Source: Mustelus asterias
Taxonomy: Eukaryota
Reading direction: 5' to 3'
Length of the DNA stretch: 64,000 nt
NCBI RefSeq assembly: GCF_964213995.1
Contig: NW_027590163.1
Location: 310,001-374,000, forward strand
Shown: positions 23,641-36,239 of the stretch, piece by piece
How the letters are laid out: each line of letters opens with the position of its first letter
Numbering within the stretch: the stretch's first letter is position 1
Translations under genes and position numbers: made by a program
Notes under the pieces: model-generated
Database searches by the model: none
What the model saw: only the letters and a program-made list of their open reading frames with translations
Told to the model about the DNA's origin: nothing

Positions 23641-25035
23641 TTTGGTTTTGGTTTGATTTGGTTTGATTTGTTATTGTTACATGTCCTAACATACAGTGAA
23701 AAGTATTCTTTCTTGCGTGCTATGCAGACAAAACATAACATTCATAGAAAAGGAAACGAGTGTAGAATGTAGCGTTAGAGTCATAGCTAGTGTGTGGAGA
23801 AAGATCAACTTAATGCAAGGTAAGTCCATTCAAAAGTCTCACAGCAGCAGGGAAGAAGCTGTTCTTGAGTCAGTTGGTACGTGACCTCTGATTTTTGTAT
23901 ATTTTTTCCGATGGAAGAATGTCCGGGGTGCGTGGGGTCCTAAATTATGCTGGTTGCTTTGCCGAGGCAGCGGGAAGTTTAGAGAGAATCAATGAACGGG
24001 AGGCTGGTTTGCTTGATTGATTGGGCTACATTCACAACCTTTTGTAGTTCCTTGTGGTCTTGGGCAGAGTAGGAACCATAGAAAACTGTGATGCAACGTA
24101 AGAATGCTTTCTATGGTGCATCTGTAAAAGCTGGTCAGAGTCGTAGCTGACATGTCAAATTTCCTTAGTCTTCTGAGAAAGTGGAGGTGTCCGTGGGTTT
24201 TCTCAACTGTAGAGTCGGCATGGGGGGACCAGGACAGGTTGTTGGTGATCTGGACAGCTATAAACTTGAAGCTCTCCACACTTTCTACTTCGTCCCCGTT
24301 GATGTAGACAGGTGCATGTTCTCCTTTACGTTTCCTGAAGTCGATGACAATCTCCTTCGTTTTGTTGACATTGAGGGAGAAATTATTGTTGCCACACCAG
24401 TGCACCAGACTCTCTATCTCATTCCTGAACTCTGTCTCGTCATTGTTTGAAATTGTTTGAAAATGGTGTCGTCAGCAAACTCGAAAATCGAATTGGAGGG
24501 GAATTTAGCCTCACAATCATAGGTGTGTAAGGAGTATAGTCGGGGGCTGAGAACAAAGCCTTGTACGGCATCGGTGTTGATGATGATCGTGGAGGAGGTG
24601 TTGTTGCCTATCCTTACTGATTGTGGTCTTTGAGATAGGACGTTCAGGATCCAGTCGCACTGGGAGGTGCCGAGGCCCAGGCCACGGTGTTTGGAGATGA
24701 TTTTGGTGAGAATAATATTGTTGGAGGCTGAGCTGTAATCAATAAATACGAGTCTGACATAGGTGTCCTTGTTATCTAGGTGTTCCAGGGTTGAGTGCAG
24801 GGATAGGGAAATGGCATCTGATGTGGACCTGTTGTGGCGGTAGGCAAACTTTAGGGGGTCCAGGTAGTCCGGCAGGCTGGAATTGATTCGTGCCATGACT
24901 AACTTTTTGAACCACTTCATAATGATGGATGTCAGAGCCACCGACCGATAGTCAATAAGGCACGCTGCTTGGTTTTCCGTCGGTACTGAGATGATGGTCG
25001 TCTTCTTGAAGCAAATGGGAACTTCAGATTGTTGT
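23641..25035 (-). mobile_element. Rex1/L2-type LINE, 5'-truncated, at the array inversion centre
   Basis: Frameshifted RT: YVRLVFIDYSSA, QGFVLSP, FADDT, LNVNKTKEIVIDFRK, ITNNLSW, LRRLRKF; (caaac/caaat)n tail at 23641-23670. Confidence 0.88.
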
Positions 25036-25129
25036 AATTAGCACTGAATCTCGAATTCCTGCTCTGTCTGAGTCGTTTTTCCTATTTCTTTGTTATGAAG
25101 AACGATTTTTAAAAAGATTCTTCTGGGAA

Positions 25130-25960
25130 ATAGAACATAAAACAGTACAGCACAAAACAGGCCCTTCGGCCCACGATGTTGTGCCGAGCTTTATCTGAAA
25201 CCAAGATCAAGCCATCCCACTCCCTATCATCCTGGTGTGCTCCCTGTGCCTATCCAATAACCGCTTAAATGTTCCTAAGGTGTCTGACTCCACTATCACT
25301 GCAGGCAATCCATTCCACACCCCAACCACTCTCTGCGTAAAGAACCTACCTCTGATATCCTTCCTATATCTCCCACCACGAACCCTATAGTTATGCCCCC
25401 TTGTAATAGCTCCGTCCACCCGAGGAAATAGTCTTTGAACGTTCACTCTATCTATCCCCTTCATCATTTTATAAACCTCTATTAAGTCTCCCCTCAGCCT
25501 CCTCCGCTCCAGAGAGAACAGCCCTAGCTCCCTCAACCTTTCCTCATAAGACCTACCCTCCAAACCAGGCAGCATCCTGGTAAATCTCCTCTGCACTCTT
25601 TCCAGCGCTTTCACATCCTTCTTATAGTGAGGTGACCAGAACTGTACACAATATTCCAAATGTGGTCTCACCAAGGTCCTGTACAGTTGCAGCATAACCC
25701 CACGGCTCTTAAACTCCAACCCCCTGTTAATAAAAGCTAACACACTATAGGCCTTCTTCACAGATCTATCCACTTGAGTGGCAACCTTTAGAGATCTGTG
25801 GATATGGACCCCAAGATCTCTCTGTTCCTCCACAGTCTTCAGAACCCTACCTTTGACCCTGTAATCGACATTTAAATTAGTCCTACCAAAATGAATCACC
25901 TCACATTTATCAGGGTTAAACTCCATTTGCCATTTTTCAGCCCAGCTTTGCAACCTATCT
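25130..25960 (-). mobile_element. CR1 LINE, 5'-truncated
   Basis: ORF 25207-25953, 248 aa uninterrupted ORF2 C-terminus (WQMEFNPDKCEVIHFG...). Confidence 0.95.
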
Positions 25961-26334
25961 TTGGATCATCTGAAATGTACGTCATTTCCTCTAGTTCACT
26001 TACAGTATCACTTGTGTCTGTCTTTCTGTGCACACACTACTATTACAGATGCTTCAGATGTTGATTAACTATGTTAGTCTCCACCTATAACCACATTAGA
26101 TTCTGCTGTGGTTATAGGTGGAGAGGTGCTAATACGTGCACGTTGTCAAAAAATAAACGCTTCCTTCCTGTCGGAGGGTCAAAAAGAAACCAGCATTTCT
26201 GATTTTGCAGAAAGCACTTGAGGCCGAGCACAGAGCAAAGATAAAATGGCTGCAACATTGAGATTCAGGTAATGTTTCGCAACGAACTGAAATCATAAAG
26301 ATTTTCCTCACCCTACATGAGAAAGTTTAATGAA

Positions 26335-26407
26335 TGTTTCTACCCGTTTATGAACCGCAAACCTTTCGCGTGTAAGGCGAACCTAACAACCACTAAACTA
26401 TAGAAAC
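26335..26407 (-). tRNA. tRNA-Val(TAC) pseudogene
   Basis: Reverse complement gtttctatagtttagtggttgttaggttcgccttacacgcgaaaggtttgcggttcataaacgggtagaaaca. Confidence 0.8.
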
Positions 26408-26664
26408 AAGTGGCAGCGCTGCATTCCCAATTCGCCTGACTACAATGTTCAACTCCACTGTGTTGCTGCAGGTTCCAATGATTAGATTGAAAGCCCATGT
26501 CACGAAAGACAAGAACATATCCGTGAATTTCAAGTGATAGCATTGGAGCCCCAATGGGCCTGACGACAATGTTTAACTCCATTGTGTTCCTGCAGGTTCC
26601 AATGGTTAGGTTGAGAGCCCACGTCACTTTGTACAAGAGCACGTCCGTCACTTTCAACCTCCAT

Positions 26665-26970
26665 TCCCCCTTCCAAAGTGCATAACCTCGCACTTGGCCC
26701 CATTGTATTTCATCTGCCACTCCATTGCCCACTCTCCTCACCTGTCAAAGTTCTTCTGCAGCCCCCCTGCTTCCTCAATACTACCTGCCTCTCTTCATAC
26801 CTTTGGATCATCTGCAAACTTAGCAACAGCTCCGTCTTCCAAATCGTTAATATATATTGTGAAAATTTATGGTCCCAGCACTGACCCTGAGGCACGCCAC
26901 TAGTCACCGGCTGCCATCTTGAAAACGACCCCATTATCCCCACTCTGTGCCTTCTGCCAGTCAACCAATT
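26665..26970 (-). mobile_element. Internal CR1 RT fragment
   Basis: NWLTGRRHRVGIMGSFSRWQPVTSGVPQG; no 3' tail. Confidence 0.8.
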
Positions 26971-27604
26971 TTGCTTTAAAACGTGTTCAGAGCGCCACCA
27001 ACTTGCTTGGATACAACCTTCAACTCCACTATGTTGCTGCAGGTTCTCATGTTCAGATTGAGACCCCATATCACTTAATACAAGAACACATCCGTTACTA
27101 TCAACCCGATATCTCAACTTATCTTGCGCTTCAAAATTAAAAGACAATCGTCCGACAAATGCTTAAGCGAGCAATGACTTCTGCTCAATCATTAATGCAT
27201 CATTCTCATCTTCCGTCGAATAATTTCAACTAGTTATATCCAGCATTTGTCGTTATTCAACATTTAATGTCAATAAGGATATTTAACACATATCCTCATT
27301 ATGAATTGAATATCTCTGAAATATACAACATTGTATTGCAAACATGACTGAGCAACAAAAGAAATAGTGTCACTTGGGAATGCACATGCTTACTTGAAAT
27401 TGAACACAATCATATTTTAAACAATTCAAATATTCTTCAAGGAGAGTGATTTAAGAATGATCTGTTAGTTATACGTGATCCCGCTTTATTCTGTGTGGGA
27501 AACCTTCTGCCGCCCAAATCTCGTTCATGTACAGGAAGTCCAGCAGGTCTGCACTGATTCCCAATTTCCTCATCTGTTTGAGTAGTTGTTCCTATTTATT
27601 TATG

Positions 27605-29970
27605 GAGTCATAGAGTCATAGAGGTTTATACCAAGGAAACAAGCCCTTCGGGCCAACTTGTCCATGCCGCCCATTTTTTGCAACACTTAAGCCAGTCCGA
27701 ATTGCTCGCGTTTGGCCCATATCTCGCTATACCCATCTTACCAATGTAAATGTCGAAATGCTTTTAAAAGAAAATATTGTACCCGCCTCTACTACTACCA
27801 CTGGCAGCTTGTTCCAGACACTCACCACTCTTTGTGTGAAAAAATGCCCCTCTGGGCCCTTCTGTATCTCCCCCCTCTCAGCTTAAACCTATGCCCTCTA
27901 GTTTTAGAATACTCAAACTTTTGGAAAAGATATTGACTAGCTAGCTGATCTATGCCCCTCATGATCTTTTATACCTCACTAAGATCACCCCTGAGACTCC
28001 TACGCCCCAGAGAAAAAGTCCCAGTTTATCCGGTTTCTCCTTATAACTCAAACCATCAAGTCCCACTAGCATCCTGGTGAAGCTTTTCTGCACTCTTTCT
28101 AGTTTAATAATGTCACTTCCCAAGTAGGGTGACGGCAACTGAACGCAATATTCCAAGTGTGGCCTTACCAATGTCTTGTACAACTTCAACAAGACGTCCC
28201 AACCTCTACATTCAATGTTCTGACCAATGAAACCAAGCTTGCCCAATGCCTCCTTCACCACTCTGTCCACCTATGACTCCACTTTCAAGGAGCTATGAAC
28301 CTGTACCCCGAGATCTCATTGTTCTATAACTCTCCCCAACGCCCTACCATGAACTGAGTAATTCTTGCCTGGTTCGATCGACCAAAATGCATCACCTCGC
28401 ATTTATCTAAATTAAACTCCATCTGCCATTCGTCAGCCTTCTGGCCGAATTGATCAAGATCCCGTGCAATTCTTGATAACCTTCTTCACTGTCCAGTATG
28501 CCACCAATCATGGTGTCATCTTCAAACTTACTAACCATGCATCCTATATTCTCATCCAAATCATCAATATAAATGACAAATAACAGTGGACCCCACACCG
28601 ATTCCTGAGACACACCGCTGGTCACAGGCCTCCAGTTTGGAAAACAATCCTCTACAACCACCCTCTGTCTTTTGCCATCGAGCCAATTTTGTATCTCACC
28701 CTGGCTCCCGTGTGATTTAACCTTATGCAACAACTTATCATGTGGTACCTTGCCAAAGGCCTTCCTAAAGCCCATGTAGACAACATCAACAGCATTGCCC
28801 TCATTTATATTCTTTGTTACCCGTTCAAAACACTGAATTAAATTTATGTGACATTATTTTCTACTCACAAAGCCATCTTGACTGCCCCTAATCAGTCCTT
28901 GTGTCTCTAAATGCCTGTAGATCCTGTCTCTCAAAATAACTTCGAACACGTTACCTACAACAGATGTGACGCTCAGCGCCCTGTTTTTCCCAGGCTTTTC
29001 CCTGCAGCCCTTCTTAAACAAAGGCACAACATTTCCCACCCTCCAAGCTTCAGGCACCTCATCTGTGACTATCGATGATTCAAACATCTCTGCTAGGGGG
29101 CTCGCAATTTCCTCCTCAGCCTGCCATAATGTCCTGGGATGCACTTCATCAGATCCGGGGATTTATCTACCTTGATGCGGTTTAAGACTTCCAGCACCTT
29201 CTGCTCTGTTATATGTACACTCCTCAAAAAATCACGATTTATTTCCTCAAATTCCTTAACGTCCATGCTTTTTTCAACTGTGAATACTGTTGAGAAATAT
29301 TCATTTCGGACCTCAATCATCTCTTGTGGATCCGCACATCGATGACCTTGTTGAGCTTTAAGAGGTCCTACTCTCTCCCGAGTTACTCTTTTGCCCTTTA
29401 TGCATTTGCAAAACAATCCCTTTTTTGCTCTCCTGATTTCTCTCTGAATTCTACTCCTATACCCACTTCAAGGGATCCACTTGGATCCCAGCTGCCTATG
29501 CATCTCATGTGCCTCCTCCTCCTTCTTCTTCTTGACCAGGGCCTCAGTATCCCGCGTCATTCAGGGTTCCCTACTTCTACCATCCTGCCATTCGCTCTGA
29601 GAGGAATGTGCTTACCCTGAAATTTTGAAAGCCTCCACTTACCAGACGTCCATTTGCCTTCCTAAAGACTCCACCAATTAAATGTTGAAAGTTGCTGCCT
29701 GATACCATCAAAATTGGCCTTGCCCCAATTTAAACTTTTAACTTTTAGGCCAGACTAATCATTCTCCATAACTATGTTAAAACTAATGGATTTATTGTCA
29801 CTGGTCCCAAAGTGATCCCTCACGAACACTTCTGTCACCTGCCCTCCCTTAATTCCCAAGACGAGTTCAAGTTTTAACCCCCTCTCTAGCCGGGCCATCC
29901 ACACCCTGAATGAGAATTTCCCCCTGAATTCACTCAACAAATTTATCTCCATCCAAGCCTCTAATACTAT
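27605..29970 (-). mobile_element. CR1 LINE, degenerate ~2.4 kb
   Basis: Multiple frameshifted ORF2 pieces (KAFGKVPH, VTSGVSQESVWGP, LVRPHLEYCVQ); (ctctatga)n tail. Confidence 0.92.
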
Positions 29971-30317
29971 CATTAAGAACAATTTTTAAAAGATCTTCTG
30001 GGAAATGTGCGCCATTTCCTCTAGTTCAGTTCCCGTATCAATTGTGTCTGGCTTGATGAGCACGGAATACTCTTAGACATGTCTCAGATGGTGATTAAAT
30101 ATGTTCGTCTGCATCTATAAAGCCATTACATTCTGTTGTGGACTGAACGAATTGCGAACATGTTAACAAACGATAAAATCATTTCTTTCCTGCCATTACG
30201 TCGTAAAATGCAGCTTTTCTGATTTTCCTAAAACCATTTAAGTTGGTGTAACAACGAGATTCACAATGAACTTAAATCATACAGACTTCGCACACCGTTA
30301 ATGAGAAAGGTCAACTA

Positions 30318-30390
30318 TGCTTTTGTCCGTTGTCAGTCCGGGGAACATTCGCATGTGAGGCAACCGTGATAACCACTACACGACAGAAAC
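30318..30390 (-). tRNA. tRNA-Val(CAC) pseudogene
   Basis: Reverse complement gtttctgtcgtgtagtggttatcacggttgcctcacatgcgaatgttccccgg... Confidence 0.78.
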
Positions 30391-30591
30391 AAGTGACAGC
30401 AGGCATGCAGCAAATTGGCCTGTCTGCAATGTACAACTGCGCTGTGTTGCTGCACGTTCCAATGGTCAAACTGAGAGACCATGACACTTCAATCAAGAAA
30501 ACCGTTACTTTCAACCTGATTTCTCAACTTATCTTGAACTTCAAAATTTATAAGCGTTCGTCTGGCAAATGTCTAAGGGAGCAATGATTTC

Positions 30592-30910
30592 TGAATCACA
30601 GAAATCCTACAGTGCAGAAGAAGGCCATTTGGTCCATCGTGTTTGCACCGACGACAATCCCACCCAGACCCTATTCTCGTAATGCAATACATTAACCCAA
30701 CTAATCCCCCTGACTCTAAGGTCAAGTTAGCATGACCAATCAACCTAACCCGCACATCTTTGGACTGTGGGAGGAAACCGGAGCACCCGGAGGAAGCCCA
30801 CGTAGACAGGGGGAGAATTTGCAAACTCCACATAGACAGTCACCCAAGGCCGGATTTGAACCCGGGTCGCTGGCGCCGTGAGGCTGCAATGCTGTGCCAC
30901 CGTGCCGCCC
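30592..30910 (-). mobile_element. HE1-like V-SINE
   Basis: Same head, core and tail as 5538-5861. Confidence 0.9.
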
Positions 30911-31711
30911 TCAAGGATTAATGCATCATTCTCATCTTCCTCCGAATAATCTCAAACAATTATACTCAGTGTTTATTTCGCTATTCAATATTTAATATCA
31001 ATACATTATTTAGCACATAGGTACTCATTATGGAATTGAATAGCTCTGAAATTGAATATCACTGAATTGCAAACATAACTGACGAACAAAAGGAATTGAG
31101 TGACCGGGTAATACAGAACCCATGGTGCTTATTTGAGATGGACCCTAGTCAGCTTTTAAACAAAGTCAACTATTTTTAAATGGAAGAGATTTAAGTATTA
31201 TCTGTTAGTTATACTTGAGCCTTTTTGCTTTTGGGTGTGAAACATTCAACCACTTAAATTCTGGCCATCTACAGGAAAGACCAGGAGATCCACATTCAGT
31301 CTCGATTTCTTCATCTGTCTGAGTGGTTTTTCCTATTCCTTTATTATGAAGAACAATTTGTTAAGAATGCTTCTGGGAAATGTGCGCCATTTCCTCTAGT
31401 TCAGTAACAGTATCACTTATGTCTGTATTTTTGAGCACACAGCACTTTTTGACATATTTAGATGGTGATTAACGGTGTTAGTCTGCACCGAAAAACTCAT
31501 TAAATTATTTTTTAGACTGAACGAAATGCTAACATGTGCGCGTTGTCAAAATAGAAACGTGTCTTTCCTGTCAGTCCGTCAAAATATTTTACAGAAAGCA
31601 TTTTAGGCCCAGGTCAAGTAAAGATAATATGAATCCAGATTCGGATAATATTCAGCAACAAACTGAAATAATACAGACTTCCCTGACCCTACATGAAAAA
31701 ATCTTAATGTA

Positions 31712-31765
31712 TGCGTCTGCCCGGTTTTGGACCGGGCTCCTTTTCAAGCACGAAACTACAGAAAC
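31712..31765 (-). tRNA. tRNA-Val remnant (internally deleted)
   Basis: Reverse complement gtttctgtagtt...cccggtccaaaaccgggcagacgca at the expected unit position. Confidence 0.6.
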
Positions 31766-32029
31766 AAATGGCAGTATATCGCCCCCAATCGGCCTCACTA
31801 CAATCCTCAACTCCACTGTGTGGCTGCAGGCTCTCATGGTTAGGTTGAGAGCCCATGCCGCTTAATACAATAACACATTCGTTACTTTCAACCTGATATC
31901 TCAACTTATCTTGTACTTCAAAATCGAAAAGCGTTTGTCCGGCAAATGTCTAAGGGAACTAAGTGAGTTTAAACTCAATTGTTTTAGTTCAGATTTCAGT
32001 CGATGTTGAGTGATATCTTGCCTCTTTAG

Positions 32030-32175
32030 AGATTGGTTCATTCTTGACAGAGCCAGCAGGAGACACCCAATCAGCTCACAGCTCATTTTTCCTCTATTTC
32101 ATCCAATCAGCTCAGAGTTTCTTCGTTCTCCAATTCATGACGTCAGAGAGAGGAGCAGGAACTATTTGAATCTGT
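32030..32175 (+). promoter_or_regulatory. Promoter-like motif cluster: 4 CCAAT boxes, CRE, TTTGAA
   Basis: ATTGG 32032; CCAAT 32067, 32103, 32130; TGACGTCA 32138; TTTGAA 32165. No intact gene follows. Confidence 0.45.
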
Positions 32176-32297
32176 TCTCAGAACAATGAGCTGGACAGAA
32201 GAACATCAGAGAATAGGGAATAGGAGCTGGGGTGGACCATTTTCTCTTTCAGACGGGCCTGTTCCGCCATTCAGTAAAATGAATGTTGATCTCCCTC

Positions 32298-33385
32298 GCA
32301 GTAAGAAGTCTCACCACACCATGTTGAAGCCCGACAGCTTTATTTGCTAGCACGAACTTTCAGAGCGCTGATTCTTCATCAGGTGAGTCGAGAGTTGGGT
32401 TCACAAACAGGGCATAGAAAGACACAGACTCAATTGTAATATAATCTTTGGAATGCGAGTCTGAACAGGTAATCAAGTCTTTACAGACACAGACAATGCG
32501 AGTGGAGAGAAAGATGTTATGATAAAGAGGCATGAATTGTCTCAAGCCAGGACAGTTCGTAGGATTTTGCAAGCCCAGGCCAAATACTGGGGGTTACACG
32601 TAGCTTGACATGAACCCAAGATCCCGGTTGAGGCCATCCTCATGTGTGCGGAAATTAGCTATCATTTTCTGCTCGGAGATTCTGCGTTGTCGTGTGTCTT
32701 GAAGGCCGCCTTGGAGAGCGCTTACCCGAAGATCGGAGGCTGAATGCCCTTGAATGCTGACGTGTTCCGCGACAGGAAGGGAACATTCCTGTTTGGTGAT
32801 TGTCGAGCGGTGTCTGTTCATCCGTTGTCCTAGTGTTGGCATGGTCTCGCTGATGTTCCATGCCTCGAGTCATCCTTTCCGGCAGCGTATGTGGTGTTTT
32901 TTTAACCTAGTGTTTTAACCTGGTGTTGTTAAAACTCTTACTGCGTATGTGGTAGACAGCGTTGTCCGATTCACATGAGTATGTACCGTCTAGCTGGTGG
33001 ATAATGTTCTCAGGTGAGATGATGGCATCCGTGTCGTTGATCCAACACGTCTTGCAGTGGTAGCCGTGGCAGGGTTGTGTGGTGTCGTGGTCGCTGTTCT
33101 CCTGAAGGCTGGGTAGTTGCTGCGAGAATTGGGGTGTTTGAGGTTGTTCTGTTGTTTGAAGGCATGTTATGGCGGTGTGTGGATGGCCTTGGCGAGGTGT
33201 TAGTCTTCATCGATGACATGTTGAAGGTTCCAAAGAAGATGTCGTAGTTTCTCCACTCTGGGAAAATATTGGATGACGAAGGGTACTCTGTTGGCCGTGC
33301 CCCATGTTTGCCTTCTGAGGTTTTCACTGTGGCGCATCGGAACTGTCGATCAATGGATGAGTCGAGCATCCTATCCTGTTATGAC
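32298..33385 (-). mobile_element. Degenerate Penelope-like element (GIY-YIG end + terminal repeat)
   Basis: TLGQRMNRHRSTITKQECSLPVAEH...NFRTHEDGLNRDLGFMS, homologous to 42475-43960. Confidence 0.88.
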
Positions 33386-33478
33386 GAGGACATCAGTCAA
33401 AAACGACACCGCATGCACTCCTGTATTCAACCTGAGCTGTTGGACTTCAGCTGCAAGGACAAAAACTGAAATTAATTT

Positions 33479-33561
33479 TGGCAGTGGTGGGATTGGAACC
33501 CATGGCTTCCGAAAAACGGGAGCCTAAATCCAGTGTCTTAAAGCGCCCGGCCACGCAATCC
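33479..33561 (-). tRNA. tRNA-Leu(TAG) pseudogene
   Basis: Reverse complement gattgcgtggccgggcgctttaagacactggatttaggctcc...tgggttccaatcccaccactgcca. Confidence 0.8.
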
Positions 33562-34587
33562 CACAGAAAGACATTGTAATCATCTCGTTTTCTTGTATTG
33601 ATACTGAAATATCTTAGAATCCGTGGAGTTGGGATGGGACATGAGGAAATCTTTACCGAATCAGATGATCATGAACTGTTCAATAAACAAAAAACATCTC
33701 CAGTCAGAAACACAATGAGCTGCAGTGAAGGACCGGCACCATTTAAACTGTCCTGAACTCGTCTGCATCCCAGAAAGGACAACATGGCTTCCTGTTGAAT
33801 TTGCTCAGGGTCTTCACGTCAGAAAGGACAGGACACAAGGCGAGACTGAGATGTCTGTTTTCTACCGGGAAATAACTGATACTTGTTTTCACAGATTGGG
33901 GGAGAGCAATAAATCTCCTTTTCCTGACCTGCAATCAAAACAGCAGTGAAAGTGTCAAGCTCTAACCACCCGACCAGCAGATTACAGCGTGTTTTACGAT
34001 TTGCTTTGTCCACGATCCTTTTGTTGTTTAATTTTCACGCCAGACCTCACTCACCACAAATTTCTGCAGAATGGCCACTTCTGGTTCAACACCAGTGATG
34101 TGTTCAGCCAATGACGGCAAACATTCCATTACAGTTATCTCGTTCGCCTCCCACGGCCGGAAACAAGGCAGAAATATTTCCAAATCCTTTTCATTGCAAA
34201 GTGCGGGAAAGGTTCTATTCTTCGTATTTTTGCTAAATATTAAGTCGTCTGATGAGCTTTCCTTGCACTTTCTGATTGTAAAGCCAGGAGTCACTCCTTA
34301 AAAAAGAACAGAAGTAAGGTTCGTGATAGAGAACAAGACAGGATGGATAAGCTGACACAAGGAATGATGGATCAGGCAACATTGAGCTGGTGAAGGTGGA
34401 GACCGGGTGGTCAGCTGGTTCATAGTCATTGTTCTCACGACCACGGGTTCGAGGGCAGGTGATAAATGTGGAACAAAACAGAGTATTTTTTTCTGTAATG
34501 AGAAACCTGTCTAATAAGTGACGGACCAGAAGGAAGGCAATGCATAAACTAACGGTCGTCAACTGATTGGAAAAGTCACTGTCAGCT

Positions 34588-34659
34588 TCCCTGCTCGTCT
34601 CGTGGTTTGGATTCGACACTTTCATCACTGTGGCCTGGATTCAATCCCCAGCCAGAGAG
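34588..34659 (+). tRNA. tRNA-Glu(TTC) pseudogene
   Basis: tccctgctcgtctcgtggtttggattcgacactttcatcactgtggcctggattcaatccccagccagagag. Confidence 0.75.
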
Positions 34660-34950
34660 TAACTCGTTTGTATTGCTGTGTGAACTGGCACCATGGAAAC
34701 TAATTCCTCATTGAATGAAACAAGATCTAGCAGAGTCTGTGGGGAGAGAAACAGAGCTAATCTTCCAGCTGGATGATCTTTCATCAGAGCAGGAAAAGTC
34801 AGAAATGTAACAGATGGAAAACAGTTGCTTGGCTATGATTGAAAATATTGTGATAGACTTGAGGGGCTATATGTTATTTCCAAAATCCCCACTATATTCT
34901 AACCCGGTGCTAATACAACTCGGGGTAATCGTGAGCATGTGGTTTGCAAT

Positions 34951-35032
34951 GGCAGTTAGGCCTAATGTTCTTAGACGCAGGATTTAGACTCCAGTATGTG
35001 AGAAGGTGTGGGTTTAAATCCCACCACTGCCA
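34951..35032 (+). tRNA. tRNA-Leu(TAG) pseudogene
   Basis: ...ggatttagactccagt...ggtgtgggtttaaatcccaccactgcca. Confidence 0.72.
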
Positions 35033-36239
35033 AAAAAGGCAGCTCCTTTATCTATTCAGTGAGTGGCATTTTGTTTGGAAGAAAAACGAGAGGGATGAAT
35101 GTTGCAGGGTGACCTCCAAGGGCCAAATGTTCCTTTTTGTTGTTGTAACTATTCAATAGTTTTATATGAGTGACACTAACACATTAACATCGGCCAAGCG
35201 GCGAAGGCAGAGGATTTGAAATTGTTTTCTCACGAAGTTTTGAACCTCAGCCATGCGCTGCTCAGCATTCAATCCTTTAGGTGGCTGCAGAATTAATTAT
35301 TCATTCAATGGGATCAAAACCTTCCATATATTCCCGTCTGCTTTTCCTGCTTCACGTCCGCGTTCCTTCATTTCTGTTTATCAGCTAGAATTCACCAAAC
35401 CTCCAGCCAGAAATGGAACAAAACTGAACTCAATTGGTGACATGCTTGATTCATGGATGTTTGCGTCTCCTCAGGCCTCTATCACTCTCGGTGTCTTTGT
35501 GCGTTCCTCTGTGTGCATCAATGTGATTCGGTTCCCCGAGAGGGTAAACACATTTTTAGCATCACCAACTGCATTCATTTATTCATATACTCAATGGCAA
35601 TTGGTACAGAGAATAACAACATGTTTGAAAGTTGCGAGAAAAATTGACTGATTCGGCTTTTTTTTTCAGTGGATATCGCTTATTGACTCAGTGTCCGTAT
35701 GTTACACAGCAGAAGATGATTGAAATTTTCACTGATCAACATTTAAACAGGCAGTGGATTCACTCGGTGTGATGGTGGGTTCCAGTTCTATGCCTGCAAT
35801 CATAGCATCCATTTCTATCAATTACTGTAAGCCCGATATTTCTAATCAGTTGGAATATATCTCGTTTTATTTGAAACGAATATTCATAGATCGAATTGTA
35901 TGACAACTTACTGAATAACTGTAAGACTGGCAAAGTTTAGACAATATTTCCCTGTTGCTGAAGGACACAAAGCATCTCTATTTCGGGAATATAAGTAGAA
36001 ACAGGAATAGAGGGACTCTTTTTGTCTCGGGGTGCTCTCATACCTCCACCCGTTCAGTTGGTAGCAAACTTTCCTGAACAATATTTTTACAGATATAATA
36101 CAGCTGTTTGAATTCAGGGCTTTCAGTGCCTGGATCCATTTCAATTCCTCGTCTCGATGTTGTGCTAATTGTTATAATTGCTCCACATTTGTTGCAAGTC
36201 CTGCTGAGAAAGTCCAGGACATTCTGTTTTTAATCTAAC

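Larger units (their letters stand above)
25038..31960 (-). repeat. Right (inverted) arm of the tRNA-Val array
   Basis: Reverse-complement copies of the unit landmarks (e.g. tatctcaacttatcttg at 27110 and 31897; ttcctctagttcagt at 30016 and 31391), interrupted by CR1s and a SINE. Confidence 0.9.

Noticed and set aside
35185-35255. Possible tRNA-Ser remnants (also about 37475-37540, minus strand) and Val-like bits near 47200 and 49700
   Set aside because: Too decayed to assign boundaries or isotype by eye.
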